Source of the DNA: Pseudomonadota bacterium
Lineage (GTDB): Bacteria; Desulfobacterota; Desulfobacteria; Desulfobacterales; RPRI01
Direction of reading: 5' to 3'
NCBI GenBank assembly: GCA_043825875.1
Contig: JBDRRF010000022.1
Span: 1 to 58,746, forward strand
Length of the DNA: 58,746 bases
The notes beneath the pieces were generated by a model. That model saw nothing but the letters and a program-made list of their open reading frames with translations, had not been told where the DNA came from and ran no database searches. The position numbers were made by a program, and so were the translations under genes. Shown here one piece after another: positions 49,747 through 58,746 of the stretch (position 1 is the stretch's first letter; every line of letters begins with the position of its first letter).

Positions 49747-50811
49747 ATGCAAAAAAAAGCTGCTATTGCCATAAGCGGCGGAGTTGATTCGCTTTTTGCC
49801 GCATATCTTCTAAAACAACAAGGATATGATGTAACGGGAATACATTTTATAACCGGTTATGAACATGGCGAAAATTCGGATACAAGTAAAAACATATCTT
49901 ATCATCGTAAAATAGAAGATCTGGGAAAACAGATAGGCATTAAAATTGAATTCATTGACTGTAGTAAAGAATTTAAAAAAAATGTTATAAACTATTTTAC
50001 ACAAACTTATAAAGCCGGAAAAACTCCCAACCCATGTCTGGTATGCAACCCGTTAATTAAATTTAAAACGGTTCTTGAATTTGCCCAAAAAACAGGATGC
50101 ACATCTCTTGCTACAGGGCATTACGCCGGTAAATTTTTAGACCAAGACGGCCTGTTTCATCTTATAAAAGGAAAAGACACAAAAAAAGACCAGTCTTATT
50201 TTCTTTCCTTGCTTACTCAGAAACAACTTTCATGCGCGATGTTTCCGCTATATGAATTTAGCAAAAAAGAAGTAATAAGACTTTCGGAAGAAAAAGGGCT
50301 GCGTCCTGTTGTCCAAAAAGAAAGCCAGGATATATGCTTTATCAAAGACAATGACTACGGTAGTTTTCTTGTAAAAGAGACAGGGCGTAAACCCAAGTGC
50401 GGGATAATTGTTAATTCAAGCGGAAAAACAATAGGAACCCACAATGGAATTCATTTGTTTACCATAGGACAAAGACGTGGAATTAACTGCCCGGCTCCAA
50501 ACCCTTATTATGTTCTTAACATAGATGCCGATTCCAACCGTGTGGTAGTCGGATCAAAAAATGAGCTTTTGACAAATCATTGCAAAGTAGTAAACATAAA
50601 CTGGATAGCAAAATCATTCTCAACTCCGGTTAAAGTTCACACACGCATCAGATACCGCAACAAAGCGGTTCCATCTACACTCGTTCCGGAAAAAGGCAAT
50701 TGCGTAACAATAGAATTTGAAACTCCCCAGTCTGCGGTAACGCCTGGGCAAGGCGCTGTTTTTTATATTGGAGATGAAGTTATAGGCGGAGGTTTTATAG
50801 AAAATGCCTAA
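49747..50811 (+). CDS. mnmA: tRNA 2-thiouridylase MnmA
   Basis: SGGVDS, TPNPC..CN, ATGHYA, KDQSYFL, ESQDICF, T.GQR, PGQ. Confidence 0.95.
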   Translation: MQKKAAIAISGGVDSLFAAYLLKQQGYDVTGIHFITGYEHGENSDTSKNISYHRKIEDLGKQIGIKIEFIDCSKEFKKNVINYFTQTYKAGKTPNPCLVCNPLIKFKTVLEFAQKTGCTSLATGHYAGKFLDQDGLFHLIKGKDTKKDQSYFLSLLTQKQLSCAMFPLYEFSKKEVIRLSEEKGLRPVVQKESQDICFIKDNDYGSFLVKETGRKPKCGIIVNSSGKTIGTHNGIHLFTIGQRRGINCPAPNPYYVLNIDADSNRVVVGSKNELLTNHCKVVNINWIAKSFSTPVKVHTRIRYRNKAVPSTLVPEKGNCVTIEFETPQSAVTPGQGAVFYIGDEVIGGGFIENA

Positions 50812-52129
50812 GTTTGTCACTACAACTCTGGGGTGTAAAGTAAATCAGTGCGAATCAGAATATATTTCAAAAAGCCTTACCTTATCCGGCTGGTCATCGA
50901 CTGAAAATGTTGCCGAAGCTGATGTATGCATTATAAATACTTGTACCGTAACCGCAAAAGCTTCCATGCAGTCAAGACAGGCCATAAGAAAGGCGATACG
51001 TTTACATCCTGAAGCAAAAATTATTGTAACCGGCTGTTATGCCCAAACCGAGCCTGATGAGTTAAATAAAATAAAAGGCGTTCATCATATAATCGGACAA
51101 AAGGAAAAACATAAAATCATTTCCGTAGCAAACAGCTTTTTTTCCGATACCTCCCCTGCCCCGTTTAAAGAAAACCTGATTGATAACATGGGATTTATGC
51201 AGCTTCCCGCGCTCCACTCCGAAAGCAGGACAAGGGTTTTTCTTAAAATACAGGATGGCTGTGAAGCTTTCTGCTCATATTGTATAGTTCCCTATACACG
51301 GGGCAAAAGCCGCAGCATGCCTTTAGAAACCGTGATTGAAAGTATAAAAAATATTAAAAAAGCAGGGCACCGTGAAGTAGTACTTTCAGGAATTCATATC
51401 GGAAAATACGGTCTTGATCTGTCTCCGAAAACTTGCCTGCTTGAATTGCTTACATTATTAGACTCCTTAAAAATAATTGATCGTATCCGCATAAGTTCGA
51501 TAGAGCCGAAAGAACTTGTTCCTGAAATTATAAAGCTTGCAGCAAAATCGGACATTATCTGCCACCATTTTCATATTCCGCTTCAAAGCGGGGACAACGA
51601 AATACTTAATAAAATGCGAAGACCCTATACTCGTGAATTTTTCAAGGATCTTATAACCAAAATAAATGATAACATCATAGACGCTGCAATAGGTGTAGAT
51701 ATTCTTGCCGGGTTTCCCGGTGAAACAGATGAAGCTTTTGAAAATACATATTCCCTGATTCAGGAACTGCCGGTAACTTATCTTCATGTTTTTCCTTTTT
51801 CACCGCGTAAAAATACTGTTGCAGAAAATCTGCCCGGAAAGGTTCCGGCAGATATTGTAAAATCCCGATGCGAAAAAATGAGAAAGCTCGGCAATTTGAA
51901 AAAAACGGAATTTTACAAAAAAGCAGCCGGAGCCGATCTTGATGTCTTAATCGAAGAAAAAAGAGACCCGAAAAGTAACCTGCTGAAGGGATTGTCCTCA
52001 AATTACATACCGGTTCAAATAAGCGGTGATGACCGTTTTAAAAATACGATCGTAAAAGTAAACATCAAAAAAGCTTTTGGGAATTATGTTGAAGGATCAA
52101 TGTTGGAATTGACATCTAATACAAGGTAA
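50804..52129 (+). CDS. mtaB: tRNA t6A37 methylthiotransferase MtaB
   Basis: TLGCKVNQ.ES, NTC.VT, GCYAQ, KIQDGC..FCSYC, SSIEP, GFPGET. Confidence 0.92.
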   Translation: MPKFVTTTLGCKVNQCESEYISKSLTLSGWSSTENVAEADVCIINTCTVTAKASMQSRQAIRKAIRLHPEAKIIVTGCYAQTEPDELNKIKGVHHIIGQKEKHKIISVANSFFSDTSPAPFKENLIDNMGFMQLPALHSESRTRVFLKIQDGCEAFCSYCIVPYTRGKSRSMPLETVIESIKNIKKAGHREVVLSGIHIGKYGLDLSPKTCLLELLTLLDSLKIIDRIRISSIEPKELVPEIIKLAAKSDIICHHFHIPLQSGDNEILNKMRRPYTREFFKDLITKINDNIIDAAIGVDILAGFPGETDEAFENTYSLIQELPVTYLHVFPFSPRKNTVAENLPGKVPADIVKSRCEKMRKLGNLKKTEFYKKAAGADLDVLIEEKRDPKSNLLKGLSSNYIPVQISGDDRFKNTIVKVNIKKAFGNYVEGSMLELTSNTR

Positions 52130-52217
52130 ATTATTATTCCACAGCATAAACAGCTTCTTGAAATTATATAATATTGATTTTTTATATGATCAACTTACGA
52201 TTTTTCATTCTATAAAT

Positions 52218-54458
52218 ATGAAAAAAATAAAACTAAATCCTATCATAATTTCCATACTCGTTATTATAGTTGCTATTATATCTTATGTTTTTGGCATCAA
52301 CTTTCTTGATTTCATGGAATTAAAGACTATTGATTTACGATTTGAATCAAGGGGAGCTGTTACTACATCTTCAAACATTGTTCTTGCGGTTGTTGATGAA
52401 AAAAGCATAAGAAATGAAGGTACTTGGATCTGGCCAAGGTCAAAAATGGCAGACCTTGTAAATAAACTTTCGGATGCAGGTGCAAAAGTAATTGCATTTG
52501 ATATAGGATTTCTTGAAGCTGATGAAAAAATCACTGTAAAAGCAATAGAAAGCATTCAAAACAAAATCAAAGCATTCAATCAGTTAAACCCTTCCTTATC
52601 AACATACCTTGAAGATCTCAAATTTCAAACAGATAGCGACAGGCTGCTTGCCACCGCAATTCATAATTCCAAAGCAAAAGTCGTACTCGGATATTTTTTT
52701 CAAAACGATGATTCCACGACTGGTGATATTAATGAAAAAGAAATTGAAATGCATCTGGCAAATGTGCAAAGCTCCGAATATAACACAATATTTTATTTAT
52801 CAAAATCTGCCCAGAAAGCACAGCTGAGAGAAGCAGTATTTCCTCAATCAAATATTAAGGAAATTTCGGATGCAACCAATTATTCCGGTTATTTCAACAT
52901 GTTTTCCGATAAAGATGGAGTAGTCAGAAAGCTTCCTGCTGTATTAAAATGCAAAGACGCTTTGTATGCTCCTCTTTCTCTTATAACTGTTAGCGCTTTT
53001 CTTGATAAACAACTTTCTCTTAAAATATATGAATACGGCGTTGGAGAAATTGCTATTGGAAAACACTTGATACCAACCGATGAATTAGGAAATATATTGA
53101 TCAATTACAGGGGCCCGGCACAAACTTTTAAGCCTATTTCAGTTACTGATATATTAAAAGGAAAGGCGGATTTAAATCTTATAAAAGATAAAATTGTGCT
53201 TGTAGGTGTTACTGCAATAGGTATTTATGATCAAAGAGTAACGCCTTTTTCCAGTATTTTCCCGGGGCTTGAGATTCATGCAAATATTATAGACAATATT
53301 TTATCAAATGATTTTTTGTATCAACCCAGTTGGGCCATTATCTCTGATATTTTTGCAATAATTTTTGCAGGTCTTACGCTTGGATTAATTGTACGAAGAA
53401 CCAGCCCTATAATAAGCATTGGTGCATTATTGTTCTTATTTGGCGGATATATTATTTTATGTCAGCTTCTTTTTTCACAAAAAGGATGGATATTAAACAT
53501 TGTGTATCCGCTTTCGACAATGATCATTGTCTATGTCAGTATAACCCTTTACAAATATTTAACGGAATCGAAACAGAAAAAATATATAAAAGATGTATTT
53601 TCAACCTACCTTGCCCCTTCGGTAGTAAAACAGCTTATAGAATATCCCGAAAAGCTTGATCTTGGTGGTCAGGACAGGGAGATTACTGCATTTTTTTCAG
53701 ATATCCAAGGCTTTACAACTATATCCGAATCGCTTTCACCTAAAGAGCTGGTTGAATTATTAAATGAGTTCCTGACTGAAATGACGGAAATTATTTTTAA
53801 GTATGAAGGAACCGTAGATAAGTTTGTTGGCGATGCAATAATAGCTTTTTTCGGAGCCCCAAACGATTTGCCCAATCATGCTGAAGTTGCCTGCATGGCC
53901 TGTATCAAGATGCAGAAAAAACTGGTTGAACTTAGAACAAAATGGAAACATGAGAACAGAGCAGCTCTTAAAATGCGTGTCGGAATTTGCAGTGGGCCTG
54001 CCGTTGTTGGTAACATGGGATCAAAATCCAGAAAAAACTATACAATGATGGGAGATACCGTAAATATTGCTTCAAGACTTGAAAGCGTAAACAAAATTTA
54101 CGGGGTATATTCATTAATAAGCGACTCAACGGCAACAGCGCTTGGAAGTAATATTGTAACACGCGAAATAGACTCTGTAAGTGTTGTAGGCAGAAATGAA
54201 CCTGTAACTATATACGAGCTTGTAGGGTATTTAGAGGAAGTAACCGACAGGATGCAAATGACTTTTGACTTTTACGCAAAAGGACTTTTGGCATACAGGA
54301 AGAAAAACTGGGATCAGGCAATATCATATTTCATATCCGCCCTTGATATAACAATAAGCGACGGGCCAAGCAAAACAATGCTGACCCGCTGCAATGAATA
54401 TAAAACCAACCCGCCGCATAACGGCTGGAATGGGGCATATACGATTAAATCAAAATAG
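52218..54458 (+). CDS. CHASE2-domain class III adenylate/guanylate cyclase
   Basis: WPR, 'D.DGVVR', 'PG.EIHA', 3 TM; FSDI.GFT, DKF.GDA, GD.VN.ASRLE; start probably ATG 52218. Confidence 0.92.
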   Translation: MKKIKLNPIIISILVIIVAIISYVFGINFLDFMELKTIDLRFESRGAVTTSSNIVLAVVDEKSIRNEGTWIWPRSKMADLVNKLSDAGAKVIAFDIGFLEADEKITVKAIESIQNKIKAFNQLNPSLSTYLEDLKFQTDSDRLLATAIHNSKAKVVLGYFFQNDDSTTGDINEKEIEMHLANVQSSEYNTIFYLSKSAQKAQLREAVFPQSNIKEISDATNYSGYFNMFSDKDGVVRKLPAVLKCKDALYAPLSLITVSAFLDKQLSLKIYEYGVGEIAIGKHLIPTDELGNILINYRGPAQTFKPISVTDILKGKADLNLIKDKIVLVGVTAIGIYDQRVTPFSSIFPGLEIHANIIDNILSNDFLYQPSWAIISDIFAIIFAGLTLGLIVRRTSPIISIGALLFLFGGYIILCQLLFSQKGWILNIVYPLSTMIIVYVSITLYKYLTESKQKKYIKDVFSTYLAPSVVKQLIEYPEKLDLGGQDREITAFFSDIQGFTTISESLSPKELVELLNEFLTEMTEIIFKYEGTVDKFVGDAIIAFFGAPNDLPNHAEVACMACIKMQKKLVELRTKWKHENRAALKMRVGICSGPAVVGNMGSKSRKNYTMMGDTVNIASRLESVNKIYGVYSLISDSTATALGSNIVTREIDSVSVVGRNEPVTIYELVGYLEEVTDRMQMTFDFYAKGLLAYRKKNWDQAISYFISALDITISDGPSKTMLTRCNEYKTNPPHNGWNGAYTIKSK

Positions 54459-54517
54459 CTTTCATCCTCCCTCAAGCTTAAGTAGTAAAGCATAAATCTA
54501 TCAAGCTTGACCTCGTG

Positions 54518-56266
54518 CTAAAAAAGTGGAGCTGTGGTCGAACCTTGATTTGTTCCATGGAATATACCTGTGGCATGGTCAGTACCTGCTGATATAGGCT
54601 CTATAGCCCATGCTCCTCCAATACTATTTGCCGCAGGCCCATAAAATGACCCATTGGCAGTAAAACCCATTGATGTAGAATCAATTTGAGCTGCCCCTCC
54701 GCTAAGCTGAAATTCAGGTGATCCGGTTGTTAAACTGCCGCTTGCATTTTCAACGCTTGCAATGAATCCGTCTTTTGAAACAGAAAGATTAAATTCTTCA
54801 ATAGCACCATCCATAAAATTTACCTTGGCATCAAATGTGCCTGTCATGTCAGTACCACCGGTACTTGTCCAATAGGTTCCCTCTGCACCTCCGGTATATG
54901 ACCACCAGCCTGAAGCATTATGTAATAAAGTCATCATATCGGTTGCTGATGTGGGATCTCCGACTATATAGTATCCCTTATTATCAACATAATAAGTATA
55001 AGTACCTGACATAGGTAGAGGCTGTGTCCAGTCTCCCCATTCCATATATGCATTATGTCCACGCTCGGTAGAAGTTATGGGGTAATTACCGGAAATAGTA
55101 TCACCATAAGAAGTTGCAAGGTTAGTCAACTTTGCATCAGACATTCCGCTTGAAGCATCTATTTTCATAGAATAACTGCCAAACTTGGCTTCTGCATCAG
55201 GATTAGCAAGATTCTGCAGGGAAGTACTTGTATAGGTACCACCATGAACAACAGTAGGGATATTAGCTTTAAGCATTGCCGTAAAATAGCCCAATTTATT
55301 GACTGGTCGAGTGGATACATCAGTTGTTAAAGTGGTTAAAGTGGTTATATTTTGGGAAATATTTTCCAGATAGCCATCAGCACCGGCTGTTGTTATAATA
55401 TTATCTATTACATCTCCTGCATCGTCTGCGCCCGATCCCAAAAGCCCGGCAAGAATAAACCCGCCTCCCTCGGTTTGCTGAATAAACTGATTCGCAATAT
55501 TGGGATCTGTGGGTTCAACATTACCCGCACCAAGATTGTCAACAAAAAGGCTTTCACCTGCTCCAACCGTGTTTGTGCTTCCATCGGCATTTGAAGTTAC
55601 ACCAACACTGCCGTCAAAACCGTGAATTATGGTTTCAAAATTTCCGGAACCATTTTCAGCAAGATAAATCAGGCTTTCGTCAGAAAGATCGGCTATTTTT
55701 TCGCCAGCTTTTCTTACTTCAACACCAAACTTGGTGCCCCTTACACCCATTACGGCTGTAGGCGTCTTAACAGAAGCTGAAATCTTTCTATATTTAAACA
55801 GGCGCATAACATAAAACATGGTTTTGCCCCTAAGCATGCTCATAACGGATTTCTTCTCTTTGGCAGCACTGTCTTCAGAAACTTCTTCAACTATAATTTT
55901 GCCGTTTTCACCCATAGTTATAATATCTTCCGTTTTAAACCTGATACGGCATCTGGAATCCTTTAAAGTATAAAAAACATCCTGCTGATAAACGGCATCT
56001 CCGGCAGTTGCATAAAAAGCTTTATTTGAATCCTTGTGCAGTACTACAACATGGCCGGAGGCTTTTTGAATGGTTCCCACATCTGATTCATTTGATTTAA
56101 TAAAATTATCTTCAATTTGTATGGATTTAAGCTCTTCCGGAAGAAGGCCGGCGTCTACTGATTTACCACGGAAACCTTTAGAATCGGTTCTATTATCAGC
56201 TAACAATAAACCTGCCCATACCAGCAAAAACATAACCGTAAATATAAATATCAAGTATCTCTTCAT
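54518..56266 (-). CDS. Exported FecR-domain protein with C-terminal TbpB-like beta-barrel
   Basis: Signal peptide; 'TPTAVMGVRGT.F.V'; C-terminal 'Y.G.A...G.F...VNF..G', 'GSFYGP.A..IGG.W', 'G.F.G'. Confidence 0.7.
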   Translation of the reverse strand: MKRYLIFIFTVMFLLVWAGLLLADNRTDSKGFRGKSVDAGLLPEELKSIQIEDNFIKSNESDVGTIQKASGHVVVLHKDSNKAFYATAGDAVYQQDVFYTLKDSRCRIRFKTEDIITMGENGKIIVEEVSEDSAAKEKKSVMSMLRGKTMFYVMRLFKYRKISASVKTPTAVMGVRGTKFGVEVRKAGEKIADLSDESLIYLAENGSGNFETIIHGFDGSVGVTSNADGSTNTVGAGESLFVDNLGAGNVEPTDPNIANQFIQQTEGGGFILAGLLGSGADDAGDVIDNIITTAGADGYLENISQNITTLTTLTTDVSTRPVNKLGYFTAMLKANIPTVVHGGTYTSTSLQNLANPDAEAKFGSYSMKIDASSGMSDAKLTNLATSYGDTISGNYPITSTERGHNAYMEWGDWTQPLPMSGTYTYYVDNKGYYIVGDPTSATDMMTLLHNASGWWSYTGGAEGTYWTSTGGTDMTGTFDAKVNFMDGAIEEFNLSVSKDGFIASVENASGSLTTGSPEFQLSGGAAQIDSTSMGFTANGSFYGPAANSIGGAWAIEPISAGTDHATGIFHGTNQGSTTAPLF

Positions 56267-56280
56267 AAATTTCTCCCTGA

Positions 56281-57726
56281 CTAAAAACGGCAACCTAAAC
56301 TCAAAGTGTAAGTTGTCCGATCATAATCATAAATATCGGCGTTTGAATTGTTATCAGTATATGCAAAAGCAAATGAAGCATAAAAGTATTTTAAAAAGCC
56401 CTGGCTAACTATGGCGGTTACCCCATCCCGTTTATCTTGCCTGCCTTCGATATAAAGAAGAGGTTTTTCATCAAAGTCTTTCTTTGTCCACAAATACTGC
56501 ACAAATAATTCCGTTTTGGTTGGAAACCTCGTAAAATACGATAAACCAAGATATGGTCCATCATAGGTAAACCGGTCATCATCAGCATCCATGTAATCAT
56601 ATCCGGCTGTAAAAGATAAAACATGTTTTCGGTTATCAAGATAAATAGTAGGAATAAGTCCAAAACGGTATCTTTCATTATCAAGTCCGGATCTGCTGGT
56701 ATAATAAAAATTCTCCGTAGTGTAAGAGAAAAGACCTTTTATGCTAAAATACTGGCAAAAATGATGCTCGTATTCCGGGTCAGCATGAAAAGCATATGAA
56801 AGGCGATCGCTTCCGTATTCTCTTTCAGTATAACCTACAGGAACTTTAAAAATATCTCTTTGCGCTACCCACCATGGTCCTGTACTAACATCAATTGATA
56901 AGAAATCAAACTGGCTGTAATCAAGATGTGCTTTGTTATAAAAAGAAAGCGACGTATTCCACATAAGCCCTTTTGCTTCTCCGGCATCGAAAAGAAGATT
57001 TCCTGCAACACTTGTAACCATAGCTTCATCTCTGAGCTTGGCAGTCAACTTGGCAGGGGTAAGAAATCCTCCAAAAACCTGATAGGTATCCAGATCGGGG
57101 CCTGAATTTATATTATCATCCCAAACAAACCCTTCTGCAACTCTAAGATTCCAGGTTACTTTTTTGTTTTTTTGATCAATTGCAGAAAGCATTTTTGAGA
57201 TATTATCAAGAACTGCTTTCGGAGGAGATGCAGCCTTAACAATTTCAAGCTCTCTGCGTGCTTTTTCAAAGTTTCCCATATTAAAATATGCTGCAGCAAG
57301 TTCAAGCCTGACTCTGTTTAGTTTTGGATCAACAGAAAGCATTTGCTTGAATTTCTTAACCGCAAGCTCGCTTTCACCCGTTCTCATAGCACTTGTGCCA
57401 ATCCAGAACATGATATCCATCGTTTCGGCCTTGCTGGCAATTTCCATAAAAATCGGAAGCGCCTTGGCAAAATCTCGATCGTAATAAAGAATAAGGGCAT
57501 CAGCAAGTTTTTTATCGAGAGCACGGATTTCTTCAGGATTCATTTTACTAAGCCTTTTAACAACTTTTTTATCGACAGCATCGGAGCCGTTTTCACTTCC
57601 AATTGTTTTCACACTCTCAAGCGAAGCTTCCGTACCATCAGGCTGAGCCACAGCCAAACCGTTTAGCATAAAAATTAATAAAATAATGAATCCAAAAAAA
57701 GAAGCTGGTTTAATCTTGAAATGCAT
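56281..57726 (-). CDS. TPR + outer-membrane beta-barrel protein (Slam/DUF560-like)
   Basis: Signal peptide; TPR 'P...RVRLELA.AYF..G....A'; 'DDNIN'; aromatic beta strands ending ...LGCRF. Confidence 0.7.
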   Translation of the reverse strand: MHFKIKPASFFGFIILLIFMLNGLAVAQPDGTEASLESVKTIGSENGSDAVDKKVVKRLSKMNPEEIRALDKKLADALILYYDRDFAKALPIFMEIASKAETMDIMFWIGTSAMRTGESELAVKKFKQMLSVDPKLNRVRLELAAAYFNMGNFEKARRELEIVKAASPPKAVLDNISKMLSAIDQKNKKVTWNLRVAEGFVWDDNINSGPDLDTYQVFGGFLTPAKLTAKLRDEAMVTSVAGNLLFDAGEAKGLMWNTSLSFYNKAHLDYSQFDFLSIDVSTGPWWVAQRDIFKVPVGYTEREYGSDRLSYAFHADPEYEHHFCQYFSIKGLFSYTTENFYYTSRSGLDNERYRFGLIPTIYLDNRKHVLSFTAGYDYMDADDDRFTYDGPYLGLSYFTRFPTKTELFVQYLWTKKDFDEKPLLYIEGRQDKRDGVTAIVSQGFLKYFYASFAFAYTDNNSNADIYDYDRTTYTLSLGCRF

Positions 57727-58051
57727 ACAAAAGTCTCCTTTTAGCTAACTATACAAAATGAATGAAATAAAATATTAGGATATAATTATCAGTATAGAAA
57801 TTTATTGATAAGAACAGTATTATTAAGAAAGCAAAAAGTAAAATTAAAAGAATAGGTAAAATCATATATAATCTATTTTATAGTTTTATAATTATCTATG
57901 TCAAATCTTTTTCCAATTTCTTTTGAGATAATATCAGAAATAACACGCTTTTGTATTTTTTGATTTAAATATTTGCCAAAAAAAATATTTCAACTGGCAA
58001 CACTTCATTTTATTGCTTGATTTAAGTATAAACATTGCTATAAGGAGATGC

Positions 58052-58513
58052 ATGATCAGAAAAGCAAAAATAAGTGACATAAAAGCTATTTACAACCTGC
58101 TTCAGATATACAGCAGCAAGGGGGAACTGCTCCCTCGACCTTTCAGCAAACTCTATGATCATCTGCGTGATTTCTTTGTTTATGTTGATAAGGACAACGA
58201 TAAAATAATAGGATGTTGCGCTTTGCAGTTTTGCTGGGAATATCTGGCCGAAATAAGATCTCTTGCCGTTCATCCCGACCATTTAAAAAATAAAATAGGT
58301 ACAGCTCTTGCTGAAACAGCACTTTCCGAAGCAAAACTTTATGAAATAAAAAGAGTTTTTACTTTAACATATAAACCCGATTTTTTTGAAAAAATTGGAT
58401 TCGTTAGGGTAGATAAAGAGGAACTGCCCCTTATTAAAATCTGGTCAGACTGCTTGCTTTGCGTCAATTTCCCCAATTGTGATGAAATAGCTCTAATTAA
58501 AGATATTACCTGA
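58052..58513 (+). CDS. GNAT N-acetyltransferase (short ArgA-like)
   Basis: 'IRKA...D', 'LLPR', 'LAEIRSLAV', 'F.LTY...FF..GF', 'KIW.DC..C..FP.CDE'; AAGGAG RBS. Confidence 0.85.
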   Translation: MIRKAKISDIKAIYNLLQIYSSKGELLPRPFSKLYDHLRDFFVYVDKDNDKIIGCCALQFCWEYLAEIRSLAVHPDHLKNKIGTALAETALSEAKLYEIKRVFTLTYKPDFFEKIGFVRVDKEELPLIKIWSDCLLCVNFPNCDEIALIKDIT

Positions 58514-58746
58514 ATAAAGCTCTTATAAACGGCGGAGAGGCCAAAACAAACATTCGGAAACGCAACTTTTGTCCATTCCCTTTCCGAGATACTCCTGCCA
58601 TATACATACAGCCTGATCTAATCGGTATATACGGTAAATGGCAAAACTTTCATTTTGATACCTTTGACACCATTTACTCTTTCTGCTTTTGATATCAACT
58701 CGGGAGAAATATTTGATCTCTGATATTCGTGAACTCTGGCTACCAC
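58506..58746 (-). CDS. Possible 3' end of a gene running off the window edge
   Basis: One minus-strand frame is open from the edge to TAA at 58508-58506; no recognisable motif. Confidence 0.3.

Noticed and set aside
1..58746. CRISPR array or cas genes
   Set aside because: No regularly spaced repeat-spacer series seen; the repeats present are MITE/REP-like

Overview
Chromosomal window from an anaerobic bacterium; gene content suggests Desulfobacterota/Desulfobacterales (inference). From left to right: (1) An unassigned operon (400-6571) of two UroD/MtaA-fold proteins lacking the canonical catalytic motifs, two CrtI/CrtO-like flavoproteins, a small protein and a ferredoxin missed by the ORF track. 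(2) VTT, flavin-disulfide reductase, VKOR and AAA/DUF4143 genes. (3) A ~10.9-kb integrase-less island at the 3' end of a minus-strand tmRNA (22401-22753). It holds one tightly coupled operon: XRE regulator, radC, fused R-M enzyme, frameshifted S subunit, a DGQHR/ParB-like + NDT-like fusion protein, DUF6880-like, pRiA4b ORF3-like, RhuM and a cation antiporter. (4) asrABC, cupin, a third flavoprotein, a PAS hybrid kinase, fprA, VOC, an RND pump and BrnTA. (5) A 39-43 kb patch with an IS110/IS1111 element (candidate bridge RNA) splitting a small gene, three RAYT remnants, and a TIM homologue lacking the catalytic Glu. (6) rbgA, hflX, ferredoxin, ZIP, GNAT-nitrilase, NIL-ferredoxin, mnmA, mtaB, a CHASE2 cyclase facing a FecR/TbpB-barrel + Slam-like pair, and a GNAT. 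Three copies of a 142-bp hairpin MITE occur. Best candidates for new biology: the DGQHR-NDT fusion in the R-M operon, the UroD/CrtI-like operon, the RAYT-end/IS110 patch and the Slam-FecR-CHASE2 module. All family calls come from motif recognition by eye; no searches were run.
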